In this document: positions 18,301 through 27,106 of the stretch, one piece after another
How positions within the stretch are numbered: the first letter of the stretch is position 1
How the letters are laid out: each line of letters starts with the position of its first letter
From: an uncultured Eubacteriales bacterium
Lineage (GTDB): Bacteria; Bacillota; Clostridia; TANB77; RGIG9151
Assembly: GCA_964478905.1 (NCBI GenBank)
Contig: CAYZJZ010000001.1
Coordinates: forward strand, 8,860-47,390
Direction: 5' to 3'
DNA: 38,531 nucleotides
Notes under the pieces: model-generated
Told to the model about the DNA's origin: nothing
What the model saw: the letters and a program-made list of their open reading frames with translations, nothing else
Databases searched by the model: none
Program-made: the position numbers and the translations under genes

Positions 18301-19548
18301 ATGAAAAAATTACTTTTACTATTTTTTTCTTTATTTTTGATAAATGTAAGTTTCGCTGCGACGCCAAACTTTGATGTATACTGTAATTCAGCCATTTTAA
18401 TAGATGCTAGAACAGGTAATGTTTTATATGAAAAAAATTCAAATCAAAAAGCCTATCCTGCAAGTACAACAAAAATTTTAACGGCATATATCGCTTTAAC
18501 CCAAATCAGTGATACAAATACTGAAATTATTCCTTCAAGAAATGCAATTATGTCTGTACCGGTTGGTAGCTCACTTGCTTATTTTTCTGAAAATGAAAAA
18601 TTAACACTTGAACAAGTTTTATTCGGTTTACTTCTTCCTTCAGGCAATGATGCTGCAAATATACTTGCTGAGCATATTTCCGGTTCTTCTTCTAACTTTG
18701 CTGAATTAATGAATGTAACAGCTGAAAACTTAGGTGCTACAAATTCACATTTTGTAAATCCAAGTGGTTGGCACGATAATGAACATTATACTACTGCTGC
18801 TGATTTAGCAAAAATAGCATATAATGCGATGAAAATACCGAAATTCAAGGAAATCGTTTCACAAACTCGATATGTTATGCCTGAAACTAATGTATCAAAA
18901 TTAAAAAGAACTTTTATAAATACAAATAAATTACTATCATCCGGTGAATACTTTTACGAAGCCGCAACAGGTATAAAAACAGGTTACACATCTCAAGCCG
19001 GTAACTGCTTAGTAGCCTCAGCTTCAAAAGACGGTGTTGAGTTAATTTCTGTTACAATGGGCGGAAATACAATTCCTGTTGGAAAATCAGCTGTTTATAC
19101 AGATACCATAAATTTATTAAACTTCGGCTTTGAAAATTATCACAATAATCAATTGGTATCTCAAAGTAATTTAATTACCACCATAACTCCGAAAAAATCC
19201 GGTAAGAAAACTCTCGATTTAATAACAGATTCTCCTATAAATGTATTGGTTGAAAACGGGGATACACCTGTGTTTAACAGAATTATCTCATTAAATGATA
19301 AAATTGTTGCTCCTATAAAGAAAGGAGACATTTTAGGAACTTTAACTTATACTGAAGATAATGAAGTTGTAGGAATTGTAAATTTAGTTGCGAAAACAGA
19401 TATTGAAAAAGAGCCATGGGTTTTCGTATTTTTAAGAGTATTGCTTTATTTAGTCATTTCTGTTATAATTCTAGGTGTGTTGTTAAGATTATTTAACGAT
19501 ATACGAAAAATAATTAGAAAAAGAAAGAAAAAGAATCTTAAGAGGTGA
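18301..19548 (+). CDS. D-alanyl-D-alanine carboxypeptidase (PBP5/DacB/DacF-type, S11 peptidase)
   Basis: Signal peptide MKKLLLLFFSLFLINVSFA. Active-site motifs are SxxK (ASTTK), SxN (PSGND) and KTG (IKTGYT). It has a PBP5 C-domain and a C-terminal TM anchor. The start at ATG 18301 has RBS AAAGGAG; the ORF-track start at 18190 is an unsupported extension. Confidence 0.9.
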   Translation: MKKLLLLFFSLFLINVSFAATPNFDVYCNSAILIDARTGNVLYEKNSNQKAYPASTTKILTAYIALTQISDTNTEIIPSRNAIMSVPVGSSLAYFSENEKLTLEQVLFGLLLPSGNDAANILAEHISGSSSNFAELMNVTAENLGATNSHFVNPSGWHDNEHYTTAADLAKIAYNAMKIPKFKEIVSQTRYVMPETNVSKLKRTFINTNKLLSSGEYFYEAATGIKTGYTSQAGNCLVASASKDGVELISVTMGGNTIPVGKSAVYTDTINLLNFGFENYHNNQLVSQSNLITTITPKKSGKKTLDLITDSPINVLVENGDTPVFNRIISLNDKIVAPIKKGDILGTLTYTEDNEVVGIVNLVAKTDIEKEPWVFVFLRVLLYLVISVIILGVLLRLFNDIRKIIRKRKKKNLKR

Positions 19549-19553
19549 TATTA

Positions 19554-20084
19554 ATGGGTTTTTCAGAATTTTTAGGATCAATAGTAAAAGCATTTACGCC
19601 TCCGGGAATGTCCGATTCTCCGAACTGTGCAAGATGCGCAAATTGTAAAGCAAGAATAAAGGATTTACCTTCAGGAAAGCAAATACGAATTTTTTGTTGT
19701 CCTTATACAGGAGAATATGATAATTTATCTTCGATTTTACCTTCTGTTAATCCGAGTGACCCGGCTACTTATTCAGAATATTCAAAAAAATATCAAGAAA
19801 ACATTAATTACGTTTACGAATCAATGAGTGATTGTGTTGAACAGCCTGGTGGTACTGCGCCTCTAAAGAATAACGATTGGTTACCGATTACCAGATATAA
19901 TGAATTAAAATATGCTACGAAAAATTTATATAATTGCGGACACTTTAAGCCTTGCTTATTTATAGACAATGACGGTTCTTATTATATAAAAGATAACGAA
20001 ATGCTTTACAACTCTAACTTCCAGGAAGAATTTTTCGATAACCTCTCTGAAGAAGATCAAAAATCATTAATAGATTTAAGTTAA
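19554..20084 (+). CDS. Hypothetical protein (176 aa, no family recognised)
   Basis: ATG 19554 has RBS AGAGGTG 6 nt upstream, and that RBS overlaps the dac stop codon, suggesting translational coupling. The protein has an N-terminal CARCANC...FCCP cysteine cluster and is followed by a strong terminator. Confidence 0.6.
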   Translation: MGFSEFLGSIVKAFTPPGMSDSPNCARCANCKARIKDLPSGKQIRIFCCPYTGEYDNLSSILPSVNPSDPATYSEYSKKYQENINYVYESMSDCVEQPGGTAPLKNNDWLPITRYNELKYATKNLYNCGHFKPCLFIDNDGSYYIKDNEMLYNSNFQEEFFDNLSEEDQKSLIDLS

Positions 20085-20090
20085 AAAGTA

Positions 20091-20130
20091 ATCCTCAAAC
20101 GCGAGATACATCAACGTTTGAGGATTTTTT
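20091..20130. terminator. Bidirectional intrinsic terminator between the hypothetical gene and spo0A
   Basis: 11-bp stem atcctcaaacg / cgtttgaggat with a 13-nt loop and a T-run at 20125-20130. The opposite strand also has a T-rich tail. Confidence 0.8.
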
Positions 20131-20909
20131 CACACTCTCATTTCTAATCTCATTTTATCTGCAATCATAGCTATAAATTCACTATTCGTAGGCTTGCCTT
20201 TTCCTAAATTAACTGTATATCCGAAAACATTTTGTAATGTATCTAGTCTTCCTCTTCCCCATGCAACTTCTATCGCATGACGTATTGCTCTTTCTACTCT
20301 GCTTGGAGTCGTATTATATTTTTCAGCAACTTTAGGATATAAGCTCTTTGTCACACCACCTAAAATTTCACTATTTTCTACCGCCATTAGTATAGCACTT
20401 CTTAAGTATTGATGTCCTTTTATATGTGCAGGAACACCTATCTCATGCATTATAGCGGTAACATCTTTTTCAACACTAATATTATTCTCGCTTTTTTCTT
20501 GTGTTATTGCCTCTTTAGGTCTTTCTTTTACGTTTATTTTCATTAAGCTCTTTATTCTATCAGATATTGCCTTTTCGTCAAAAGGTTTTAGTACAAACAA
20601 ATTTGCTCCCATACTCATAGCTTCTCTAATCGTTTTTTCGTGAGAAATCGAAGATGTTATTACAATTTTAGCCCTTTTACGAAGTCCCATCTTATTTAAT
20701 GCTCCCATTACAGCAATTCCGTCAATATTAGGTAATATTAAGTCTAAAATAAGTATATCCGGTTGTTTTTCAATGACTTTTGTTATAACTTCATCACCTT
20801 TGTTTACGACATCTTCAACCAAAAATTCATCTTGTGTCTCTAAATAATCCTTTAAATTTCTTGCATCAGCCTCATTATTGTCAGCAATAAGTATTCTTAT
20901 TTTCTCCAC
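20130..20909 (-). CDS. spo0A: Sporulation master response regulator Spo0A
   Basis: 259 aa with a GTG start. It has a receiver domain ([18 protein letters not shown]) and the diagnostic Spo0A C-terminal domain ([23 protein letters not shown]...[18 protein letters not shown]...[14 protein letters not shown]). Confidence 0.93.
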   Translation of the reverse strand: MEKIRILIADNNEADARNLKDYLETQDEFLVEDVVNKGDEVITKVIEKQPDILILDLILPNIDGIAVMGALNKMGLRKRAKIVITSSISHEKTIREAMSMGANLFVLKPFDEKAISDRIKSLMKINVKERPKEAITQEKSENNISVEKDVTAIMHEIGVPAHIKGHQYLRSAILMAVENSEILGGVTKSLYPKVAEKYNTTPSRVERAIRHAIEVAWGRGRLDTLQNVFGYTVNLGKGKPTNSEFIAMIADKMRLEMRV

Positions 20910-21018
20910 TACAAATCCCTCCTCGTTTTTTTGCAGTCAAAACACATTTTTATTATATTGTTTAACCTTGAAAAAAACTTGAGAAATTTGTCGATAACAT
21001 TGGTTTTTCGTCGTATTT

Positions 21019-21606
21019 TTACGACAAAATATTTATTAAAATTTTATTATCCGTAACTTTTATTAAGTTTTGTGTAAAATCATCTACATCTCTTTCAGGT
21101 ACTTCTATAATAATTTCTATTTTTTCGCTAAAACAAATTTCTTTTTTATAATTCTTTTTATCTAATTCAAACAGAACTTTGTCTTTTATAGCATATTCAC
21201 ATACTATTTTTATATTTTTCATACTTACAATTTCGTAAATTTCAGCCTCTTCTATTACTTTTTTTGCCGAATTAGAATATGCTCTGGTTAATCCACCCTT
21301 ACCAAGTAATATTCCGCCAAAATACCTTGTTACAGTTATTAATACATTTTCTAAATTTTTATTATTAATTACACTATATACCGGTAATCCTGCAGTTCCT
21401 TGAGGCTCTCCGTCATCACTATACTTTCCTATATTTCCGGATAATATATACGCATAAACATTATGTCTTGCATCCCAATACTCTTTCTTTATTTGAGTAA
21501 GTATTTTTTCTGCTTCTTCTTTAGAACTTACCGGATATATATTAGCTATAAAACGAGACTTCTTTTCTATAAATTCAGTTGAAGTATGTTCTTTTACCGT
21601 AAAAAT
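21019..21606 (-). CDS. yigZ: YigZ/IMPACT-family (UPF0029) protein, apparently initiated at ATT
   Basis: The ORF track lists only the last 67 aa (21019-21222). The same frame stays open up to a TAG just upstream of 21606 and encodes FTVKEHTSTEFIEKKSRFIANIYPV...HNVYAYIL...YSDDGEPQGTAGLPV...VTRYFGGILLGKGGLTRAY, the YigZ core. No ATG, GTG or TTG exists in that stretch. ATT at 21606-21604 lies 8 nt after a perfect AGGAGG. Confidence 0.85.
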   Translation of the reverse strand: MFTVKEHTSTEFIEKKSRFIANIYPVSSKEEAEKILTQIKKEYWDARHNVYAYILSGNIGKYSDDGEPQGTAGLPVYSVINNKNLENVLITVTRYFGGILLGKGGLTRAYSNSAKKVIEEAEIYEIVSMKNIKIVCEYAIKDKVLFELDKKNYKKEICFSEKIEIIIEVPERDVDDFTQNLIKVTDNKILINILS

Positions 21607-21622
21607 TGTAAATTCCTCCTAA

Positions 21623-23905
21623 CTAATTACCGTAAACTTCAAGTTGTGCAAATTTCGCCATCAGTCTTTTCATACCGGAATTCTCAAACATTATCTCTAA
21701 CATTAAGTCATCATTTTCAGGAGTAATGTTAGTTATTACCCCGGCGCCAAACCTTTTATGCATAACAAATTTACCTTTTTCAAAAACAGATAAGTCAGCG
21801 TGCACCTGCGTTGTAGCACTTTTTGCAACTTCATTCCCTGTTCTGTAACTAAGTCCATTATACTTTCCTATTCTACTTATGTAACTACTATCTATTTTGG
21901 TTCTTATAACATTACTTGAATTAAGCGCATAATCATTAGCTTGTTCATATACAGTATCTAATTTTTCATACTTTTGGTAACCTTCTAACAATTCCTCAGG
22001 AATTTCATCTAAAAATCTTGAAGGTTTATTATAAGATGTATTACCAAACAAAGTTCTTCTCTTTGCACAAGATATATATAACTTTTCCCTTGCTCTTGTT
22101 ATCCCAACATAGCATAATCTTCTTTCTTCTTCTATTTCTTCATCATTTCCAATCGACCTATATCCGGGGAAAACACCTTCTTCCATTCCGGGGATAAATA
22201 CTACCGGAAATTCAAGTCCTTTTGCACTATGCAAAGTCATTAAAGTTATATATTCTCCATTTTCTTCGCTGTTTTCATCATCTAAGTCAGATACTAATGC
22301 TATATTCTCCAAGAAATCACTTAACGTAGGTAACTCTGCTTCTCTTTCATATTCTTCAGCAACAGCAACAAACTCCGCAATATTTTCTATTCTTGTTTGA
22401 TTTTCAACAGTATCTTCTTCCTCTAAAACCCTGATGTATCCTGTATCTTGAATGATTTTCTTTATCAATTCAGATACTAAAATATTGTTTTGAACATCTA
22501 ACATAAAACCTTTTATTTTTTCTGCAAACTCCTTTATTGCACTCGATGCCCTTGAAATTTCAGGATATTCTTCAATATTACTTATAACTGCCCATACAGA
22601 TATTTCTCTTAAATTAGCACAATTTTGAATATTATCTATGGTAGTCTTACCTATTCCCCTCTTAGGTTCGTTTATTATTCGTTTTAAGCTAATAAAATCG
22701 GCAGGGTTATAAATTAACCTTAGGTATGCAATTATGTCCTTAATTTCCTTCCTGTCGTAGAATTTTTGCCCCCCTATAACTTTATACGGTAAAGCTTCAC
22801 TCATTAAGTAATCTTCTATTATTCTTGATTGAGCATTAGTTCTATATAGAACACCGAAATCACTATATTTTCTGTCTTCTTTTTCTTTTATTGTTTTTAT
22901 TTGATTAATTATATTTTTAGCTTCTTCTCTTTCGTCTTCAGCTTTATAAAATTGTATCTTTTCTCCATCTCCATTATTTGTCCACAGTCTTTTGCTTTTT
23001 CTTCCTTTATTATTTTTTATTACTTCGTTTGCAGCATTTAATATATTACTTGTAGAACGATAATTTTGCTCTAATTTTATTACTTTTGCTCCCGGAAAGG
23101 CTTTTTCAAATTCTAATATGTTTCTCATATCAGCACCTCTCCAACCATAAATACTTTGGTCATCGTCTCCTACAACACATAAATTCCCAAAGCCTGATGC
23201 AAGCAGGCTTACAAGAGTAAATTGAGCAGTATTGGTATCTTGATATTCATCTACCAATATGTATTTAAATTTATTCTGATAGTAAGCTAATACTTCAGGA
23301 TTCTCTAATAAAAGTTGAGTTGTTTTCATTATCAAGTCATCAAAATCAAGCGCATTATTCGCAAGTAATCTTTTTTGATATAATTTATAAACATTTCCTA
23401 CTTTTGCAAGTCTAAAATCACTCTGATACTTTTTTATGTAATCTTCACTTGTTACTAATGTATTTTTAGCTTTGCTTATCTCTCCCATTATAAATTGATA
23501 TGTTATTTGTTTATCATCTATATTCAATTCTTTTTGACATTCTTTTATTAATGTTTTTTGGTCAGACGAATCAAAAATAACAAAGTTTTTATCATATCCT
23601 ATTTTATCTATATCTCTTCTTAAAATTCTTACACACGAAGAATGGAATGTACTTATCCACATATCCTTTGAATCTTCATCAAGTAATTTTTCAACTCTAT
23701 CTTTCATTTCTTTCGCCGCTTTATTAGTAAATGTTATAGCTAAAATATTATACGGCTTTACTCCTAAATTAGAGATTAAATGAGCAATTCTATATGTTAA
23801 AACTCTCGTTTTTCCGGAACCTGCTCCTGCTATTACCAAAAGCGGTCCTTCTGTTGTATTTACAGCTTCTTTTTGTTCCGGGTTTAAATCATTTATATCT
23901 ATCAT
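21623..23905 (-). CDS. pcrA: ATP-dependent DNA helicase PcrA (UvrD/Rep family)
   Basis: 760 aa with helicase motifs AGAGSGKT, DEYQDTN, QNYRS, LMTLHSAKGLEF and VGITRA. Confidence 0.95.
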   Translation of the reverse strand: MIDINDLNPEQKEAVNTTEGPLLVIAGAGSGKTRVLTYRIAHLISNLGVKPYNILAITFTNKAAKEMKDRVEKLLDEDSKDMWISTFHSSCVRILRRDIDKIGYDKNFVIFDSSDQKTLIKECQKELNIDDKQITYQFIMGEISKAKNTLVTSEDYIKKYQSDFRLAKVGNVYKLYQKRLLANNALDFDDLIMKTTQLLLENPEVLAYYQNKFKYILVDEYQDTNTAQFTLVSLLASGFGNLCVVGDDDQSIYGWRGADMRNILEFEKAFPGAKVIKLEQNYRSTSNILNAANEVIKNNKGRKSKRLWTNNGDGEKIQFYKAEDEREEAKNIINQIKTIKEKEDRKYSDFGVLYRTNAQSRIIEDYLMSEALPYKVIGGQKFYDRKEIKDIIAYLRLIYNPADFISLKRIINEPKRGIGKTTIDNIQNCANLREISVWAVISNIEEYPEISRASSAIKEFAEKIKGFMLDVQNNILVSELIKKIIQDTGYIRVLEEEDTVENQTRIENIAEFVAVAEEYEREAELPTLSDFLENIALVSDLDDENSEENGEYITLMTLHSAKGLEFPVVFIPGMEEGVFPGYRSIGNDEEIEEERRLCYVGITRAREKLYISCAKRRTLFGNTSYNKPSRFLDEIPEELLEGYQKYEKLDTVYEQANDYALNSSNVIRTKIDSSYISRIGKYNGLSYRTGNEVAKSATTQVHADLSVFEKGKFVMHKRFGAGVITNITPENDDLMLEIMFENSGMKRLMAKFAQLEVYGN

Positions 23906-23992
23906 TATTTTCCAATTCCTTTCTTTGATGTTTTCAACTTAATTATTCTATCGTATTTATTTCTTTTACACAATAAAAATTTACTTTAAATT

Positions 23993-24168
23993 TTATCAAC
24001 ATTTATCTTGAAAAACAACTTTCTTTCTGATATATTGTTTATATTCTTATATTAGAGGACTTCATCAATATTTATCAACAGTCCTCTAACTTATAATTTT
24101 ACTAATGATAAAGATTTCAAAGCTTGTATTTATGCGTTATCAACACTTGTGGATAACTATGTGGATAA
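23993..24168. promoter_or_regulatory. oriC left half: DnaA-box cluster upstream of dnaA
   Basis: TTATCAACA (1 mismatch to TTATCCACA) occurs at 23993-24001, 24072-24080 and 24137-24145. Two perfect inverted boxes TGTGGATAA lie at 24148-24156 and 24160-24168. Confidence 0.85.
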
Positions 24169-24273
24169 CTTGTTATTATTTCAAAATTGACACAAATTAT
24201 TCATATTGACTGCTTTGGAGTTTTTTTTATGTTTTTTTTCAATATCTAAACTGTTTTTGGAAAGGGGATCATA

Positions 24274-25608
24274 ATGTCAAAAATTTTAGATTCAGAATGG
24301 CAGAAAATTATTGACTGCTTAAAAGGAGAGGTTACGGAAATTAGCTTTAATACTTGGATTTCTCCAATTGTTCCTCTTTATATAGAAAATAATACATTAG
24401 TTTTAGAAGTTCCAACAGATTTTCATAGAACGAATATACAATCAAGATTTAATGAACTGTTGAAAAATACTATAAAATATGTAAGAGATGAAGAACTGGA
24501 TATAAAATATTTAATACCTGAGGAATCTAAGAAACAGGAAGAAAAAAAGCTTCCGGGTCAAAAGAATTTTGATAAAACGCCTACCGGATTAAATCCACGT
24601 TACATTTTTGAAAATTTTGTTGTAGGAAATAACAACAGATTTGCACACGCAGCGTCTTTGGCTGTTGCTGAATCGCCGGCAAAAGCTTATAATCCGCTAT
24701 TTTTATACGGCGGTGTTGGACTTGGTAAAACTCATTTAATGCATGCGATAGGGCATTACATTCTTCAACAAAATCCTGAGCAAAAAATCCTTTACATAAC
24801 ATCTGAAAAGTTCACAAATGACTTTATTAACGCCATAAAAGAACAGGCAACAGAAGGAAATAATGCTTTTAGAAACAGATATAGAAATGTTGATGTTTTA
24901 CTTGTTGATGATATTCAATTTATAGCTGGAAAAGAAGGTACTCAAGAAGAATTTTTCCACACTTTTAACGCTCTTTATGAGGCTAACAAGCAAATTATTA
25001 TTTCAAGCGATAGACCTCCAAAAGATATAGAACCTCTAGAAGATAGGCTACGTTCCCGTTTTGAATGGGGACTTACCGCTGATGTCCAAGCTCCTGATTA
25101 TGAAACAAGAATAGCGATTTTAAGAAAGAAAGCACAACTTGATAACATTGATGTTCCTGATGAAATTAATGCGTTTATTGCAGAACGTGTTGATTCTAAT
25201 ATTAGAGAGTTAGAAGGGGCTTTAAATAAAGTTTTGGCATTGTCTCATCTTAATAATGAGCCTATTTCTATTGATCTTGCAAGGACTGCATTAAAAGATA
25301 TAACTAATACACCTACAAAAAACATTACTATCGAACTTATTCAAAAAGTAGTTGCTAAATATTTTAATATTAAAGTAGACGATTTAAAATCTGCTAAAAG
25401 AAGTGCAGATATTGCTGTACCTCGCCAAATTGCAATGTATCTATGTCGTGATGTGGCTAATTTATCGTTACCTAAAATAGGATATGAATTCGGAAAAAGA
25501 GATCATTCAACAGTTATTCACGCTTGCAATAAAATATCAAAAGATGTTGTTGAAAATGAAGATGTGAAGAAAAAAGTAGAAGAAATTAAAAAAATTATAT
25601 TCTTTTAA
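24274..25608 (+). CDS. dnaA: Chromosomal replication initiator protein DnaA
   Basis: 444 aa with AAA+ Walker [11 protein letters not shown], Walker B LLVDDIQF and C-terminal domain IV (DHSTVIHA). RBS is AAGGGGA. Confidence 0.98.
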   Translation: MSKILDSEWQKIIDCLKGEVTEISFNTWISPIVPLYIENNTLVLEVPTDFHRTNIQSRFNELLKNTIKYVRDEELDIKYLIPEESKKQEEKKLPGQKNFDKTPTGLNPRYIFENFVVGNNNRFAHAASLAVAESPAKAYNPLFLYGGVGLGKTHLMHAIGHYILQQNPEQKILYITSEKFTNDFINAIKEQATEGNNAFRNRYRNVDVLLVDDIQFIAGKEGTQEEFFHTFNALYEANKQIIISSDRPPKDIEPLEDRLRSRFEWGLTADVQAPDYETRIAILRKKAQLDNIDVPDEINAFIAERVDSNIRELEGALNKVLALSHLNNEPISIDLARTALKDITNTPTKNITIELIQKVVAKYFNIKVDDLKSAKRSADIAVPRQIAMYLCRDVANLSLPKIGYEFGKRDHSTVIHACNKISKDVVENEDVKKKVEEIKKIIFF

Positions 25609-25910
25609 TTTTCCACAGTTTCCACAATACGAAAAATAGCATATTAGGCGGTTTTCAACAACTTGTAAAAAGCATTATTACTGAGTTTTTAATTATCCAC
25701 ATAGGGGAGTTGATATATTGTAAAAAACGTGTTAACAACTTTATTTCCACAATAAAATTTTATAATGTGGATAAGTTTTAACAGGTTATCCTCAAATTAT
25801 TAACCGCTGTGTTTCGTTTATAATTGAAAATTTTCAACTTTTCAACATTATCAACATGCCTATTACTATTAATACTCTTTAATATTTTAATAATAATAAA
25901 AAAGAAGTTT
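25609..25910. promoter_or_regulatory. oriC right half: DnaA boxes, candidate DnaA-trio and AT-rich unwinding region
   Basis: Perfect boxes are TTATCCACA at 25693-25701 and TGTGGATAA at 25766-25774. One-mismatch boxes lie at 25609-25617 (TTTTCCACA), 25786-25794 (TTATCCTCA) and 25848-25856 (TTATCAACA). The last box is followed by tgcc, then TAT TAC TAT TAA TAC (25861-25875), then a nearly pure A/T stretch to about 25910. Confidence 0.8.
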
Positions 25911-25986
25911 CATATTTTTGATTAAATGTTAAAAAAATGTTTATCCTTTATAGGATTGAGTAATATTTAAAAGGAGGTAATAAATA

Positions 25987-27087
25987 ATGAGATTACTAGT
26001 AGAAAAAGAAAATTTGTTAGTAGGAATTACAGCTGCTCAAAAAGCAGTAGCTACCAAAACGACTATGCCAATGCTTGAATGTTTTCATTTAATTGCGAAA
26101 AATGATACATTAACTGTATCAGCTACAGATTTAGATTTAGGAATAGAATATAAGTTAAATGTAGAAGTAAAAGAAGAAGGAGAAGTTACTGTAAGTGCCG
26201 GAATCTTTTCAGAAATTATTAGAAAGTTACCTGAAAGTACAGTTGAGTTATCCACAAATGAACAAAATCTTCTTATAATTGAATGTGAAGGTTCATTATT
26301 TAATGTTGTAACAGGAAATAGTGCTGATTTTCCTGTATTTCCAGATGTAGATGTTGAACAATCTATTGAAATAAAGCAAAGTGTATTTAAAGAAATGATA
26401 AGAAAAACAATTTTTGCAGTAGGAATAGATGAATCAAGACCGATTTTTACAGGTTGTTTAATTGAAAAGAAAAATGATATACTAAATATGGTTGCATTAG
26501 ATGGATTTAGACTAGCTTTACAAACAAAAGTTTTGGTAAATGAAAATTCCGGAGATTTTAAAGCGATTATTCCGGGAAGAACTTTAACTGAAATTTCTAA
26601 AATACTTCTAGATACTGATGATATTGTAAAGATTGGTGTAAATAGAAATCAAGGTATTTTTGAGATGCCTAATTGTATTGCTTTTACAAGAGTTTTAGAA
26701 GGTGAATTTCTAGATTATAGACAAGCTATTCCAAAAGAAAAAGAACTTCGTGTAATTGTGGATAAAAATATACTTTTGAGTTCGCTTGAACGTGCTGCGG
26801 TAATGTCAAGAGATGAAAAACAATTACCTGTAAAAATAACAATAGCTGATTCATTACTTATTATCCAATGTGCGGTTCAATCCGGAAATGTTAGGGAAGA
26901 AGTTGTTGTTGAAAGTGTTGGAACTAATTTAGAAATAGGATTTAATCCTAAGTATTTAATTGATGCTGTAAAAGCGGTTGATGACGGAAAGATAATTTTA
27001 GATTTCGGTTCTTCTATTTCGCCTTGTGTTATAAGACCTGAAAGCGGGGAAGAATATACATATATGGTTCTTCCTGTTAGAATTTAA
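25987..27087 (+). CDS. dnaN: DNA polymerase III beta sliding clamp
   Basis: 366 aa with three-domain clamp length and pattern, RBS AAGGAGG and the conserved position after dnaA. Confidence 0.97.
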   Translation: MRLLVEKENLLVGITAAQKAVATKTTMPMLECFHLIAKNDTLTVSATDLDLGIEYKLNVEVKEEGEVTVSAGIFSEIIRKLPESTVELSTNEQNLLIIECEGSLFNVVTGNSADFPVFPDVDVEQSIEIKQSVFKEMIRKTIFAVGIDESRPIFTGCLIEKKNDILNMVALDGFRLALQTKVLVNENSGDFKAIIPGRTLTEISKILLDTDDIVKIGVNRNQGIFEMPNCIAFTRVLEGEFLDYRQAIPKEKELRVIVDKNILLSSLERAAVMSRDEKQLPVKITIADSLLIIQCAVQSGNVREEVVVESVGTNLEIGFNPKYLIDAVKAVDDGKIILDFGSSISPCVIRPESGEEYTYMVLPVRI

Positions 27088-27106
27088 AAAAGAGGAGTAG
27101 TTCTTT

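Noticed and set aside
20940-21018. Spo0A-box-like heptamers (TGTCGAT, TGTCGTA) and a small hairpin upstream of spo0A
   Set aside because: They are only 6/7 matches to TGTCGAA in AT-rich DNA, which is expected by chance. I could not identify a convincing sigma-A or sigma-H promoter, so no regulatory site is called.
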